DNA from: Veleropilina oligotropha
Lineage: Eukaryota
Reading direction: 5' to 3'
NCBI GenBank assembly: GCA_048128005.1
Contig: JBEUKZ010000014.1
Span: 62,001 to 126,000 of the forward strand
Length of the DNA stretch: 64,000 bases
In this document: positions 42,001 through 54,000 of the stretch, piece by piece
How positions within the stretch are numbered: position 1 is the stretch's first letter
Layout of the letters: every line of letters begins with the position of its first letter
The notes under the pieces: generated by a model
What the model saw: the letters and a program-made list of their open reading frames with translations, nothing else
Told to the model about the DNA's origin: nothing
The model's database searches: none
Program-made: the position numbers and the translations under genes

Positions 42001-45000
42001 TTGGATTTGCATGTTAGTTATGATGAGGACACGCCGCCTAACGATTTCCTTTTGTTTTCGGATCCAAGATGGCCGTCGCAGCGGCCATTTTATTTGAAGA
42101 TATTTCTTGTGCGCGATCTACAGTGAATAGCTCTAATCCTATTTGATTCAAATTTGGTATACATGTTTGGTATGATGAGGACATGGTGCCTATTGATTTA
42201 TGCTACCGTGGGAGGTGACACATCCCCTCGACTTGCTGGGTCGAGGTTTCGCTAGATTATTCTGGTATTAGTAGCGCCATGATTTAGATTATCAATACAT
42301 GCATACAGTAGATCCCTAGCTAGTCACCCAGAAATCTCCCGAACACTTATTAGGTGACGACAGATATGGCCCATGTGTCCTAGTGGTATTGTTCCTATTG
42401 ACTAACCAATTAGCGGACAATGATGCTGCCATCAAATTGAAAAGATTCTGAGCTGCCTGTCCATATGTGACATCAGATTCGATTCCTGACCTAAAAATAT
42501 GACTATCCTATAGGTTATTGTACATGTCAGAATCTGTGCTAACCACTCTGTGTCTATTATATCTTGTACATGCTTCTGGAATACTTGTATCTTAGGAGAT
42601 AACGGTGATGAGAGCTTGTCGCAGATACGCCTGGATGAAGGCGGTAGCACCCTGGAAAGTGAAACTAGCCAAGAGGATCGATTTGGAAGCCCCGATCGCG
42701 AGGTATGTTCAGTTATTGTTATTATATATTGCGTTTGTTTTGTAATTTATTACCCTCGCCTCAGGAGGAGAGGCGAGGGTATTGCAATCGGCTCTGTATG
42801 TATGTATGTCCATTCACATAACTCAAAAACTATTGATCCGGATTGTGATCCGGGTTCGGATTTTATGACGCAATATCGGGTTTACAGGTTTTCGGCTGTA
42901 CCGTTTAAACGCTTCATCGTACAAACTTCAAAATAGGCTCAAAATGTTCTTTAGATCAGGGGCCAATGACAACATGAGTTATATATAAATATAGAATCTA
43001 TCTCACACAAGATTGCTGCCAGGGGGAATTAAAATTTAAAAAATAGGTGGTGAATTTCTAATTACGCCAAATCGAATTAAATTATGTAAATTCGGTATGC
43101 AAATCGTAGTCATGATGAAATTATATTGATATCAGCAAAAATATTTATAAAATAATGAAATGTGAAATTTATACGCATTTTAGAAATCAACCAAAGCAAT
43201 TTGCAAATAAATGCCGTAAATCTGTACGGTACCCATTGAAATCAGACACCTCAAATTTACCAAGTGACAGAGTGGGATATTATCTACAACTCATATCGAT
43301 ATACTTTATGTGTTTGAGCGAATTTGTGCAATAATTTTTGCTCCGAAGTCAAAATCGTCGAGACGTTGCGATATTTGTGATAGCTCTTTATGTACTGCTA
43401 ACGCCGTGATATAATTTATACCATTAAACAAGGTTACCGTAATCTATCTTTCTTGGAAATTTCAGGTATATATCTTTAGGAACTATTTAGTTATTGCGAG
43501 TTAAGTATTGTCAATAGCTTCGGCAAAATTTGCAAATACAAAATTATAACACCAAATATAAATAGCCTAAATTAGCCGTAATAATTAGACTGTCTGTATG
43601 GCGCAAACGGTTAAGGCGTTGGCGAGAGATCTAGAGGTCAGGGATCAAAATATTTTATTTATTTAAATCTTGTTATTCCTTATTTTTTTTAAATTTCTGA
43701 TTACATTGTATGATTGTAATTCATGTTTAGAAATATTGATCGTAGACATTTCTGACTTTCACCATCGTCTTCCTTGGCCCCGTGGCAAGGGTTTGCAATC
43801 TCATCTGATTGCTCTTGTTCAACACAATATTTACTCTTATATATGAATCCCATATTTTTGTAGTTCAAAGATCAGGTTGTTGGATAATGTTCTTGAGACC
43901 CAAATTACTGGGTGATCAAATTACTGATTAATTATATTTATGCTTTTATTTAATTAAAAATAGCACCATTTATGTAATGAATATGTATATATCCTTCTAT
44001 CAAATAAATAATTGTTGTTGCTAAATATGAGCATCCGTGTAGCGACGGTCTGGATTTTGACACCTATTTGCTTTTAAAGGATCATTTTGACGAGTCGGCC
44101 AGTGAAAATGAAGACAACGTGATGGAGTCGGCAGGCGAAAATGAAATGGAGGATCAGGTAAGAAGGATAAAAGTTCCAAAACTAGGGGTGTGACCTTGTT
44201 AAGTTGAAATGTCGAGTCTGTGGCCCCATCTGCTGCATTATATGATAAAAGTAACTCAACTTTACACTCAAAGTGATGCCAGAGCCATCTCTGCAAATTT
44301 TGTTATGAACCGTTGGATGAGATTCCACACCGGTAGATGGATATTTTTGTCTTTCAAGCAAATTGAAATCAGCAAATTACTAATCGGTCGTACATAATTA
44401 TTATATATATGTCTCCAAAAATCTAATATGTATACAGTGTCTCCTGGAATTTTCAGTAATATCGTAGTTACTAATATAGACTGGGTTATTTGCATAACAC
44501 CAGAATTTCTTACATATTAAATAGGATATATTTTATATCAAGTTATGTTCCTATATATTACTGTATTAAGTAACATGCATGTATCATTACATATCAGGTA
44601 ACGTTGCTGACGGGTGGGCCAAAGCATGTGACATGCACCGAAGACTCCGACTTCATGGAAGCCTTTGATAAGATGATGACAGACAACATACAGGCTAGTA
44701 CATATTATTACCATTGAACTTGAATGATATAGTGCTCCCTTAAAATGTAATATGTATTTCCTTTGATTGTAAGCAGACCCGGTTGCTAAAGGATAAAAAT
44801 GTTACTCCCAATTCACTTCCTAGACTGCTCTGATTGGTAGCAGTATTAGTTTGAATCTTTGTTCAGTTAATACATGTAATATGCACAGTTGTCCATAACT
44901 GGTGTGGGCCGCTTCGGCAGCGCAGTGGGTAGAGTGTCCACTCTAAATTCACTGGCTTGATTCCGCTAATGCGAACAGTAGTGGGTTCAATACCTGGCTG

Positions 45001-48000
45001 AGGCATTGACATTTGTTCAAGTTATGAATCACAGTTGTCCGCGACTGGCCGAAGAGGGTTTACCCGGGCGACCGACCGGGGTTTTCTCCGAGATAACACG
45101 GACATGTCCTGCCTTGAACCTCGATGTTGTAAATATACTGGACATTAAGCATCATTCCTCCCTCCCATAACTGGTGTGAATTGTATGGGCGGATTTTCTC
45201 GGCAACCTTTTTTATCCCTGTGATAATATGGACATGTCCTGGTATAACCACGGCACATGCTTCACAGTTGTAAAATTCCATGATGATCACAAATTGATTT
45301 AATTTCTATTTGTAAGCATGTCTGCAATCATAGGCATTCTCAATAATTGATTCACTATCCTGATTCGCCTACTTATTGTATATCAAGATACCTATCTATT
45401 TTAGGCCGCTTCGACAGTCGTGTGGTATCGGCTTGATTCCGCGAATGCGAATTGTAATGGGTTCAAACCTCGGCTGGGATATGACATTATTTGTTCAAGT
45501 TATGAATCACAGTTGTCAGTAACTGGTCGGAGAAGGCGGGTTTCCTTGGGCGATAATATGGACATGTCCTGCTTTGAACTAAATGATGGTTGGATATATA
45601 CAGGATATTAAGCATCGATCCTTTCCTCTCCTTTGATGTTATTATTAAAGGATGTTAATAAGATTTAAATATTAAATTCTTCCATTTCAGGCACGGAACC
45701 AAGAGTCTTTGAAAGTGCCACAGCTCGACATTGCTGTTCCTATGAATTTCAAAGGCCAGAAGAGAAATCTGGGTGAGTAGCATAATTCCACAATGTCATT
45801 TTCCATGATGGTAATAGATTGGATTAGACCGATGTTTTATACCCTGTATATATATTTACAACTTTCATGTTCAAGCCAGGACATGTTCTTATTGTTCATG
45901 ATGCTAATAACATTACATCAAATAATTGTATGGCAGACCTGCTGACCTGTCAATGCTCCCGATTCTGGCGGGAGGGTCACGATTTCTGGACCCGTAACCT
46001 GTCAATGGTCCCGATCTGGCGGGATGTCCCGATTTCAAGTATTTGTCTTCCAAATAAATTATCACAATCATAGTAGAGAAGCAAACGACTGGAACGCAGT
46101 TAATTACATTAGGAATATATCCAGTGTACTTCAGGCCTACCTTAGTAATAGTGCTTAATCATTACAATAGTTTAATGATTGATCCAAACTAATTTAGTAA
46201 TTAGCGCCTTCACGGGTGGATGACGATTTTGGCTAGACTCGAGTAGACATACATACGTTGTCGCCAATCGAAGTAATTAGCCTATATTAATACTTCAGTT
46301 TTATTCCGTACATGTGGTTAATCAAATGATGTATTGCCCGCAAATCGTCAAATGATATCTTATCCCGTAGAATCTGGAAAATACTTAAGCTGTTAACAGT
46401 GTTGCCAGTCTTCCGGGAATTCACGGATTTCTGGAAATTTGAAGTTGCCGATAGTTTTCTCCGGATACAAATTTTTCTCCGGGACTTACGTTAATGAAAA
46501 AATAAATTCAAATCCAGACCCGCATCCAGCTCTTTGCCATTTTAACAAGCCATCTTTCGTATCTCTTGTTATGAACTCTCATGACCCTGCTCGCTATCAT
46601 CGTCGGGTAGCAACGCTTTCAGCTGTCATATTTACCGTAATTCGAACAGGAATTATCGTGGAAACAACAATCAACTGGGATTTTGATGAACTATAAGTAC
46701 TTTTTTATTACAAGAACATTTCCACTCGCGTTAGCTTTGAGGGACTATTTCTGGTATCCCATAATTTTTGAGAAAATAGCCCCAATATTACTACGCGATA
46801 AGCATGTGCCCAGTTTATAAATATACGATCAGTTTTAGGTTTTGAGTGTCGTTTCTGAAGTAATTATGTTAGATATACCCATGAAAATGGATTATCTAGG
46901 AAAGTAAAGACAAGGTTGCATGTATGTCATTAAAGTAGCTTACAAAGTAGTATTTGTAGAGTAATTATGCTTGTTCCCGTTGCGACGGGCAGATCGAAAA
47001 TTGTAAAAACGCGGACGTAAAACTAAAGTGATTCACATTGAATAAAACACTTAGAGCACAGGAGAGGCCGTTTCGCAGGAGAGAAACCAAAATTTTCTTG
47101 TGCGTTTGGGAACGCACAACCGTTGACTTAGGGTTCCGGGAATCACATAGGCGAGTGCTGGCAACACTGTGTTAAGAGGTGCTGCACAGCAGTAGAATCA
47201 TGGTAAAATGAATGTAACGAAATAGCCTGGATGTGAAGGTAACACGCGGTCGCGGGATTTGATAAAAGCCTCGCAACTTACAAAATTTAAATTAAAGAAA
47301 GTTTTCTTAAATATCAATTAGTTTATTTAACAAGAAAGTGTATTTATTTACGTTCAAAAGGATATAATTTAAGATTTTGGATGACGACTCCCCGAACCCA
47401 GTTCAAAAGTTTCTGTGCGATTAAATGCGTTTTTGCACTGGTCTCATTTCCAAACAAGTTTAACTTAGTAATTATTTGTCTGCGGCTTGTCAGAAAAGTG
47501 TAAACATGTCAGCACAACGTTTATCCTCGAAATCACGGTATCTATTTGAAGTACCATATAATAGCGAGCACGCAGTGCGATCTTACACACACTAACCTGT
47601 ATACGAGAAAGACAGAAGAACGGATTCAAGGGCAGATAACTCCATAACATACTATGAATTAAAAATCGATGTTACGAACAGGAAACAGGATTATTCCTCT
47701 CTTCCGGTAATGTGCAACTCGCTAATCTCGTAGGGGATCCCGTCCCCCATTTCTTATTATTTTCCATTAAATAAATACCTATTGTAGCTAAGTTATTGAA
47801 ATATGTATGTTCTGCGTTCATTATAAACCCATTACTATCGTCTATGCATATCGTTTGCCAAAGTTTTGAACTATTTGTGACATCAGAGAATATGCGTAGT
47901 TTAGCAACAATGTGTGACGTCGCGGAATATGTGTGTCAGCTTACACTAGACGTTATTAATAAGAGACGCATTTCCAAAATTAAGAAGACATCGCACGGTA

Positions 48001-51000
48001 CGGATTTCATAATTTTTCTTTGTGTATAATCTCTATTCTGCGTTCGTATCTATAGGTGCTACCTACAACATATTATTATTATCAAATTTCGTTTTAAATA
48101 TACTTAGTTTACATATATACGCGACCAGAGATCACGCATTTTGAAGCAGACTTTGCCAAATCGCATAATTAAGGTTGGTTATGCGCACGCCCGAGTCAGC
48201 GGTATCACGATAATTCGCCCTCAAACAAATTCGCCCCATAGTAAATCTGCATGCTCGTCACTAGGAAGCACCTGTAGCATATTAATTTCTTTAGAATAAA
48301 CCGATATCAAGAAAGTTTTGTTTAGTTTACCGTGCCAAATTTATTATTTTATCACCTTTGCCACAAGAAAGATTCCAGCCTGACGACAGTAAATGCAAAA
48401 TACATCAAGTGCACGTGAACCGCAATTGGGTTAATGAAAAGCGGATCGGCGATAGGCGGGTGCATGAAAGATTTGGATCAGAAAAAATGCAAAACGATAA
48501 AATGACTAATAATGGCGATAATTTTTGGGGGTTGGGCTCAAAATGTTATGTTCCATTGGTTGTCGTAAAGTGGACAAAAATTAAATGGAAACTAATATTT
48601 TTAAATTCATAATATTTTAAGACAATTTTCAAAGATACATTTTTAATTTTAATGTGACATTACACAAAAAATAAAGTGCAATTTAAAATAAGAATATAAG
48701 TTAAAAAATACTGTTTTGCCATATTTAAATAAGGGTGCTCCATCAATTGATTTTTCTTGCAATAGTATAGTATACAATAAATTTATTATTTCAATCTACA
48801 TGAAATGCTGTGCCCATAAAAATTTTCAAAGAGGGGCACTTCTCCCATTAGCCTATTTTTCCTTCCCAACCACTGATATATATATATATATATAAGTGTG
48901 TGTATGCGTGTCGCGAAGAAATCTCCCTCTTTGGCATTTTAAAATGTTGGCAGGTCTGGTGTGGGATCGAAAAACTTGATACGGAAATTTAACATGAGAC
49001 ATTATGAAGTTATAGATAGTTGCACTCTTTTTATCTCATGATCGAACGGTATATTTAACCATGACGAAAATATAATTTACATTATAATAGTTTTATTGGT
49101 GTAGTTTTTGTATTGCTCAGTTGTTGTCTAATTGTTGGCATAATCAGTTATTGAACCCAAAATCCAGATATTTATTGCGAAAATCCCTTCTTCAAGCACT
49201 ATCTCCATTTGAAAATATAATATGCAAATTAACATGATGCATTTATTATTTTGTCTTTGTTACTGTAATATTATGTTTTATGCTTGTAAAGTTGCTAGAT
49301 ATATATATTATATAGTATACGTGCATACAAATGTCAGTCAAAATATTCCGATGCCTCTGCCTCACTTGGTACTCTTTGAGGCATATGTCATTTATTATTT
49401 AAACATCAACGTGGCGGACATATCTTGTCTGTTTTTTATCTTTTGGTTATTAGATGCTCTCGTACATTTGCTTGTAGATAATTATGATGCCGGAGATTAT
49501 GAAAACCGCCACAGTTTTAAAACATTTGTGTTGATGACAAGGAAGGGGACCAAACAACAGGTAGATATTTATTGTATTTTAAACTTTTACACTTTCTGAT
49601 ATCTTTTTAAAATAGTGATGATAAGGCCAACAAAAAAAAATGAATAGTTTCTCAGGCATTTTTCCTCATAAAAGTGCGCGCGCGAGCGAATTTTTTTTTT
49701 ATTTCTTATTTTTTTTTTATTGTATCGTAATATGATAAAATGTACATAATTTTATTAAAATACCATGAAATTGTTCAAAGAAATGAATCAAAAAAACAAA
49801 TTTCTTCATAAAACACTTTATTCGTCTCAGTACAATTAAAGCACAGTAAAGTTTTGGATATATTCTGATAATAATTTTATGCATTCAATATAAACATGTA
49901 TATAAATTATAGAATGACAAGTTTAGATGATATACTGTTACTCTGGCATCATAAATTTACATTATACGCTGTTTTGTTGGGCCTTTTCGCTCAGCATGCA
50001 AGTTACGCTTGCGCTTAATTGGATTTCCTTTGTGCAGTATTTTGCAATTTTGACATGATGGATATGAACCATCTGCTTGACTCTCCATTATATTTTCACT
50101 TGTTCCGCAGTGAGAACAGACATCTACAAAACATTTACTGCTAAAGTACGGGATTTCAATTGGTGTGGAACATGTTAAATTTGATCTGACAAAAACTTTG
50201 TCAACCAGCGCATTTATTATTGGTGTCTTATTATTTGGAGTTTTTAGCTCACTTAATGTGGCCCCACACGAATAACTGAACGAGTCCAATAATTTTTGTA
50301 AGTTGCCCTCTTCGACCGGGTTAAGTTTTTTAGCGGCATACAAGACCCGAGGTCGGTCACACTCTGAACACTCCACAACTGTTTTCGCAGTCCTTGCTGT
50401 TTGAGCACTTGGGCTAAATGGAATGTGATGTCCAGTAGCAATCTTTTTGGATAAGCTTGGGCGACACGTTTCATTGGTTACCATACCAAAAGATTCCCCA
50501 AATGACAGGTAGTGACCATCTTCTCCTAAAGTAGAAGAATATAAAATAATAAGATTTAATAGTGGATACAGATAGATGCATATACATTTTGGGTGGCAAC
50601 ATTGTATTACGACCACTTTTGGCAATTTTTCAGCCGCATCGTAGCATTACTGTATCGGAAGGAGACCTTAAACCGGGTGGTTCAAGGTCTCCCTCTGATT
50701 TGACCGACATACATTAGAGATACGCCTTCTCTTATTTTAAGCGGTAGAATGGATCGGCGCTGGTCTCTACCCCGGAACCAACTAATAGCTTCGGTTGAGA
50801 GTCTGACGCTCTAACCACTCACCCACCGGTGCCGTTAATTATTTTCTGATATAAGTGTATACAATTTTTTATCACTGCCCAACATCCGGCCACTCAGTGT
50901 CACTAAGCAACACTGCTATCCTCACCCGTGAACCTGACTAGACCAAGCGCAAAGTCAAGGAGGCCATCTACATCCGCCAACACAAACCAACCATGAACCG

Positions 51001-54000
51001 TGACCAGGGATACCAGCTGCCCGCCATCTATCACAGCCTGCTACCTGAGTGCCCCCTGAGGTCAACAAGATCATTACGTGATCAAGACTACTAGCTGAGC
51101 ATTTGAAACACACCTATATATAACAATGTCTTCTCAACAATTTTTAATAGGTTAAAATTTGAACACGTTGACTACTAAATTATTGATGACTCGCCCATGA
51201 TCGGCCATCTAATATTAAAATTGGCAGATCTATTTTCATTTTAAACTTGGATCCTTTAAATCACTTACCTGACCTAGTGTTATGAAAATAGGAATATTAA
51301 AATATATACCTGGCGTTGGATCTGGTAGTATGTGTAGCTGTTCAAAGATATCAGTAGGCAGTTTCGGTTTTCCACAATAATCACAGCCATCAACACCACA
51401 CTTTTTCAGGCAAAACATATAATGCCTTGACGTCGCACAGTGATCAAATAGATTCTTCAGCCTAATACCGAATAGAAAAATACATTGCTACGACTAACAC
51501 CACTACAAATAAAACTATGTTAATATCCCAGTCACCAAAGTAACATTCACAATACCTGAGTGCCATGATGTCATTTCCATTTGCACTGAAATATTTAAAG
51601 GTAACATTTGTTTTGTCATGCATCTGTTTTTACTATCAAATGAGACTAGAAGTTCATGTTCACCATCTACTGTATATTCTATTATACCATATCCAGCATA
51701 AACAATTTGCATCATTTGATCATTTCTTGTACACAATTGTTATTTAAATTTAATGTACATGTATTTGATTTATAGTTGCAGATATCAAATTATATGTGTA
51801 CCTGCCAGAGCGTTCAAGTGCTTTCTGTAGAGTGGCTTGCTTCATGTCATGGACTTCCAATTCTAAGGTGCTCCAAAGGTCGTCCATTTGTGCCTTGGTC
51901 GATGATCCGAATGTCTTTATAAATGTCTCCTTGAGTTTAAGTCTAGTCAATATTTGATTCATTAACTCCTGTAAAATGTACAAATTGAAAATAAAATAAT
52001 ATTTTAGTTTTTAATATAATCATTCTATATCTATGATTTATAAAATATATTTACATCTCGATATAAAGTTGTACAAAATGTTTTCTGCCATTAGGGGGCA
52101 GCATGGTTGAGTGGTTACAGTGCTGGTCTACTCACGGGAGGTCACGAGTTCAAGCAACGGGACTGCATGGGATTTTTTCAATGACCGCTACCTCCATTGC
52201 ACACAGCACCACTTAATGTTACCATTCAAAGTTGATTGACCCGATTTATGACTGAAATACTGTTAGCGTGGTCGTTAAACCTCAATTCATCATCATCTCA
52301 CCTGGCCTTTCTGCCATGACCGATGAAATTTATTGATACCATGTCAAAGTACATCATATTAAGTACAAGTTTATAAATTAAAGCATTTTAAATGTACCTT
52401 GACAGGCTGTAAACTCTCCAGCATAGCCTCTTTCAGGTCAGGATTTCCTCCCGCAACGTGACGAAGTTGTTTCAGGCTGCCAGCAGACTTTATAGCTGTC
52501 TCATTTTCAGTTGTCATTTTCGCTCTTTGAAGACCGATACATTGCAAGCCTAAATTTATTATTGACATAATCCTTTCTGGTGGATTTTTCCACGAGTTTT
52601 TTGGTGGAGTACGCACTGCTACTAATAGATCTAGATCCATAATCAAAAATAGGCACAGCAATGCCAATTTAACTGATAAGTATGTACATCTGTGATCTGG
52701 ACCACCGTCTGTGTACAAACACAAAATTGGTTTGATACTATTTTGTTCTCTCAAAACGTGATAAAGTTCTGTTGCATGTCGAAGAGGTGAGGATGTTTCA
52801 AACACATGGTCCTTTATACCAACATATACTTGTCCTCTGTAGAATGAGCCTGTCATTGATTCTGGTAGATCAAGAATCATTATAACTGAAGGTATAAGAC
52901 TAAATTTGGTGAAGTCATGATCAGATACAACATATTTAACGCCTTCTGCCGTCAACACTCGTCTTCCCCTCTCTACTGCGGCAACAGGATTACCAGGCTC
53001 GCCTACTTTTGCATAATGCTTGTCATCTTCACAAACAAAAGTAACAAAGTTCCGAAACTTCACAGCCAGTTCTTTCTGATATCGAAATAATGCTGACGCA
53101 TAATGCATATCTTCATGCTCCTCTCTGAATTGACGACACTGCACAGAAAATTTTACATCTAATTTTCCGGTAAATTGAAGTGAAGTTAAAGCTGTCGGGT
53201 TCTTGGGGGCAAATTGCAGGTAAAGCCACTGTTCAGATGGTATCGGAATATCAGGTCCACATGTAGCTGAAACTTGCCGCAGTAAATCAGGAACTGATAT
53301 GGCAGCTGCAAGATGTGATATCATATTGTGACGTCTGTCATCGACAGCCATCTCTACCACATTTTCTAGAAACTGCTTAGTTTTCTCGAAGAAAAGAGAA
53401 TATTTCTCTGGCCTACCAGAGTTGTGTTCTCGTAAGTCACATATTATGTCCGGATCTTCCATTTCGAATGCCTCTTTTACACGAGCATCAATGTCTTTTT
53501 CCATTTCATTTGCTCCAGTACTCGAGTCTCCAGTCAACGACCTATAGATGTGTCGTAAATATACAGGCTTAATTTTAGGTGTGATGAGAGAACATGTTCT
53601 TATGAACTTGCGATGCATTTCTTTTGTATGGTATACTGGTAACATATCTACCAACTTGGTGCAAACTTCGTTGTTTTTGGCGAGCAATTCAGCTTCTTTC
53701 ATTTCAGTTGGTATTCTCCACAAAAAGTTATGAGTGCCCAGATTGTTTCCATATGAAACTCGAAAATATACACATTTAAATGGCATGCATTGGCTTATGT
53801 TCTGCAAATAATAACGTCTTTCACGTGCAATGGGTGGTGTAAATTCGTCCAGGCATATAGGATCAAAATGTTTGGCAGGTCCAAGGTGATCAATCAGTGA
53901 CTTGTAACGTGCAGCAAAAGTTGGTTTTATAGCATATTTTGGATAAATCACAGTCAAATTCTGAGACTCGGCCAAATCCCTAACAGGTTCGTCCATGGAT

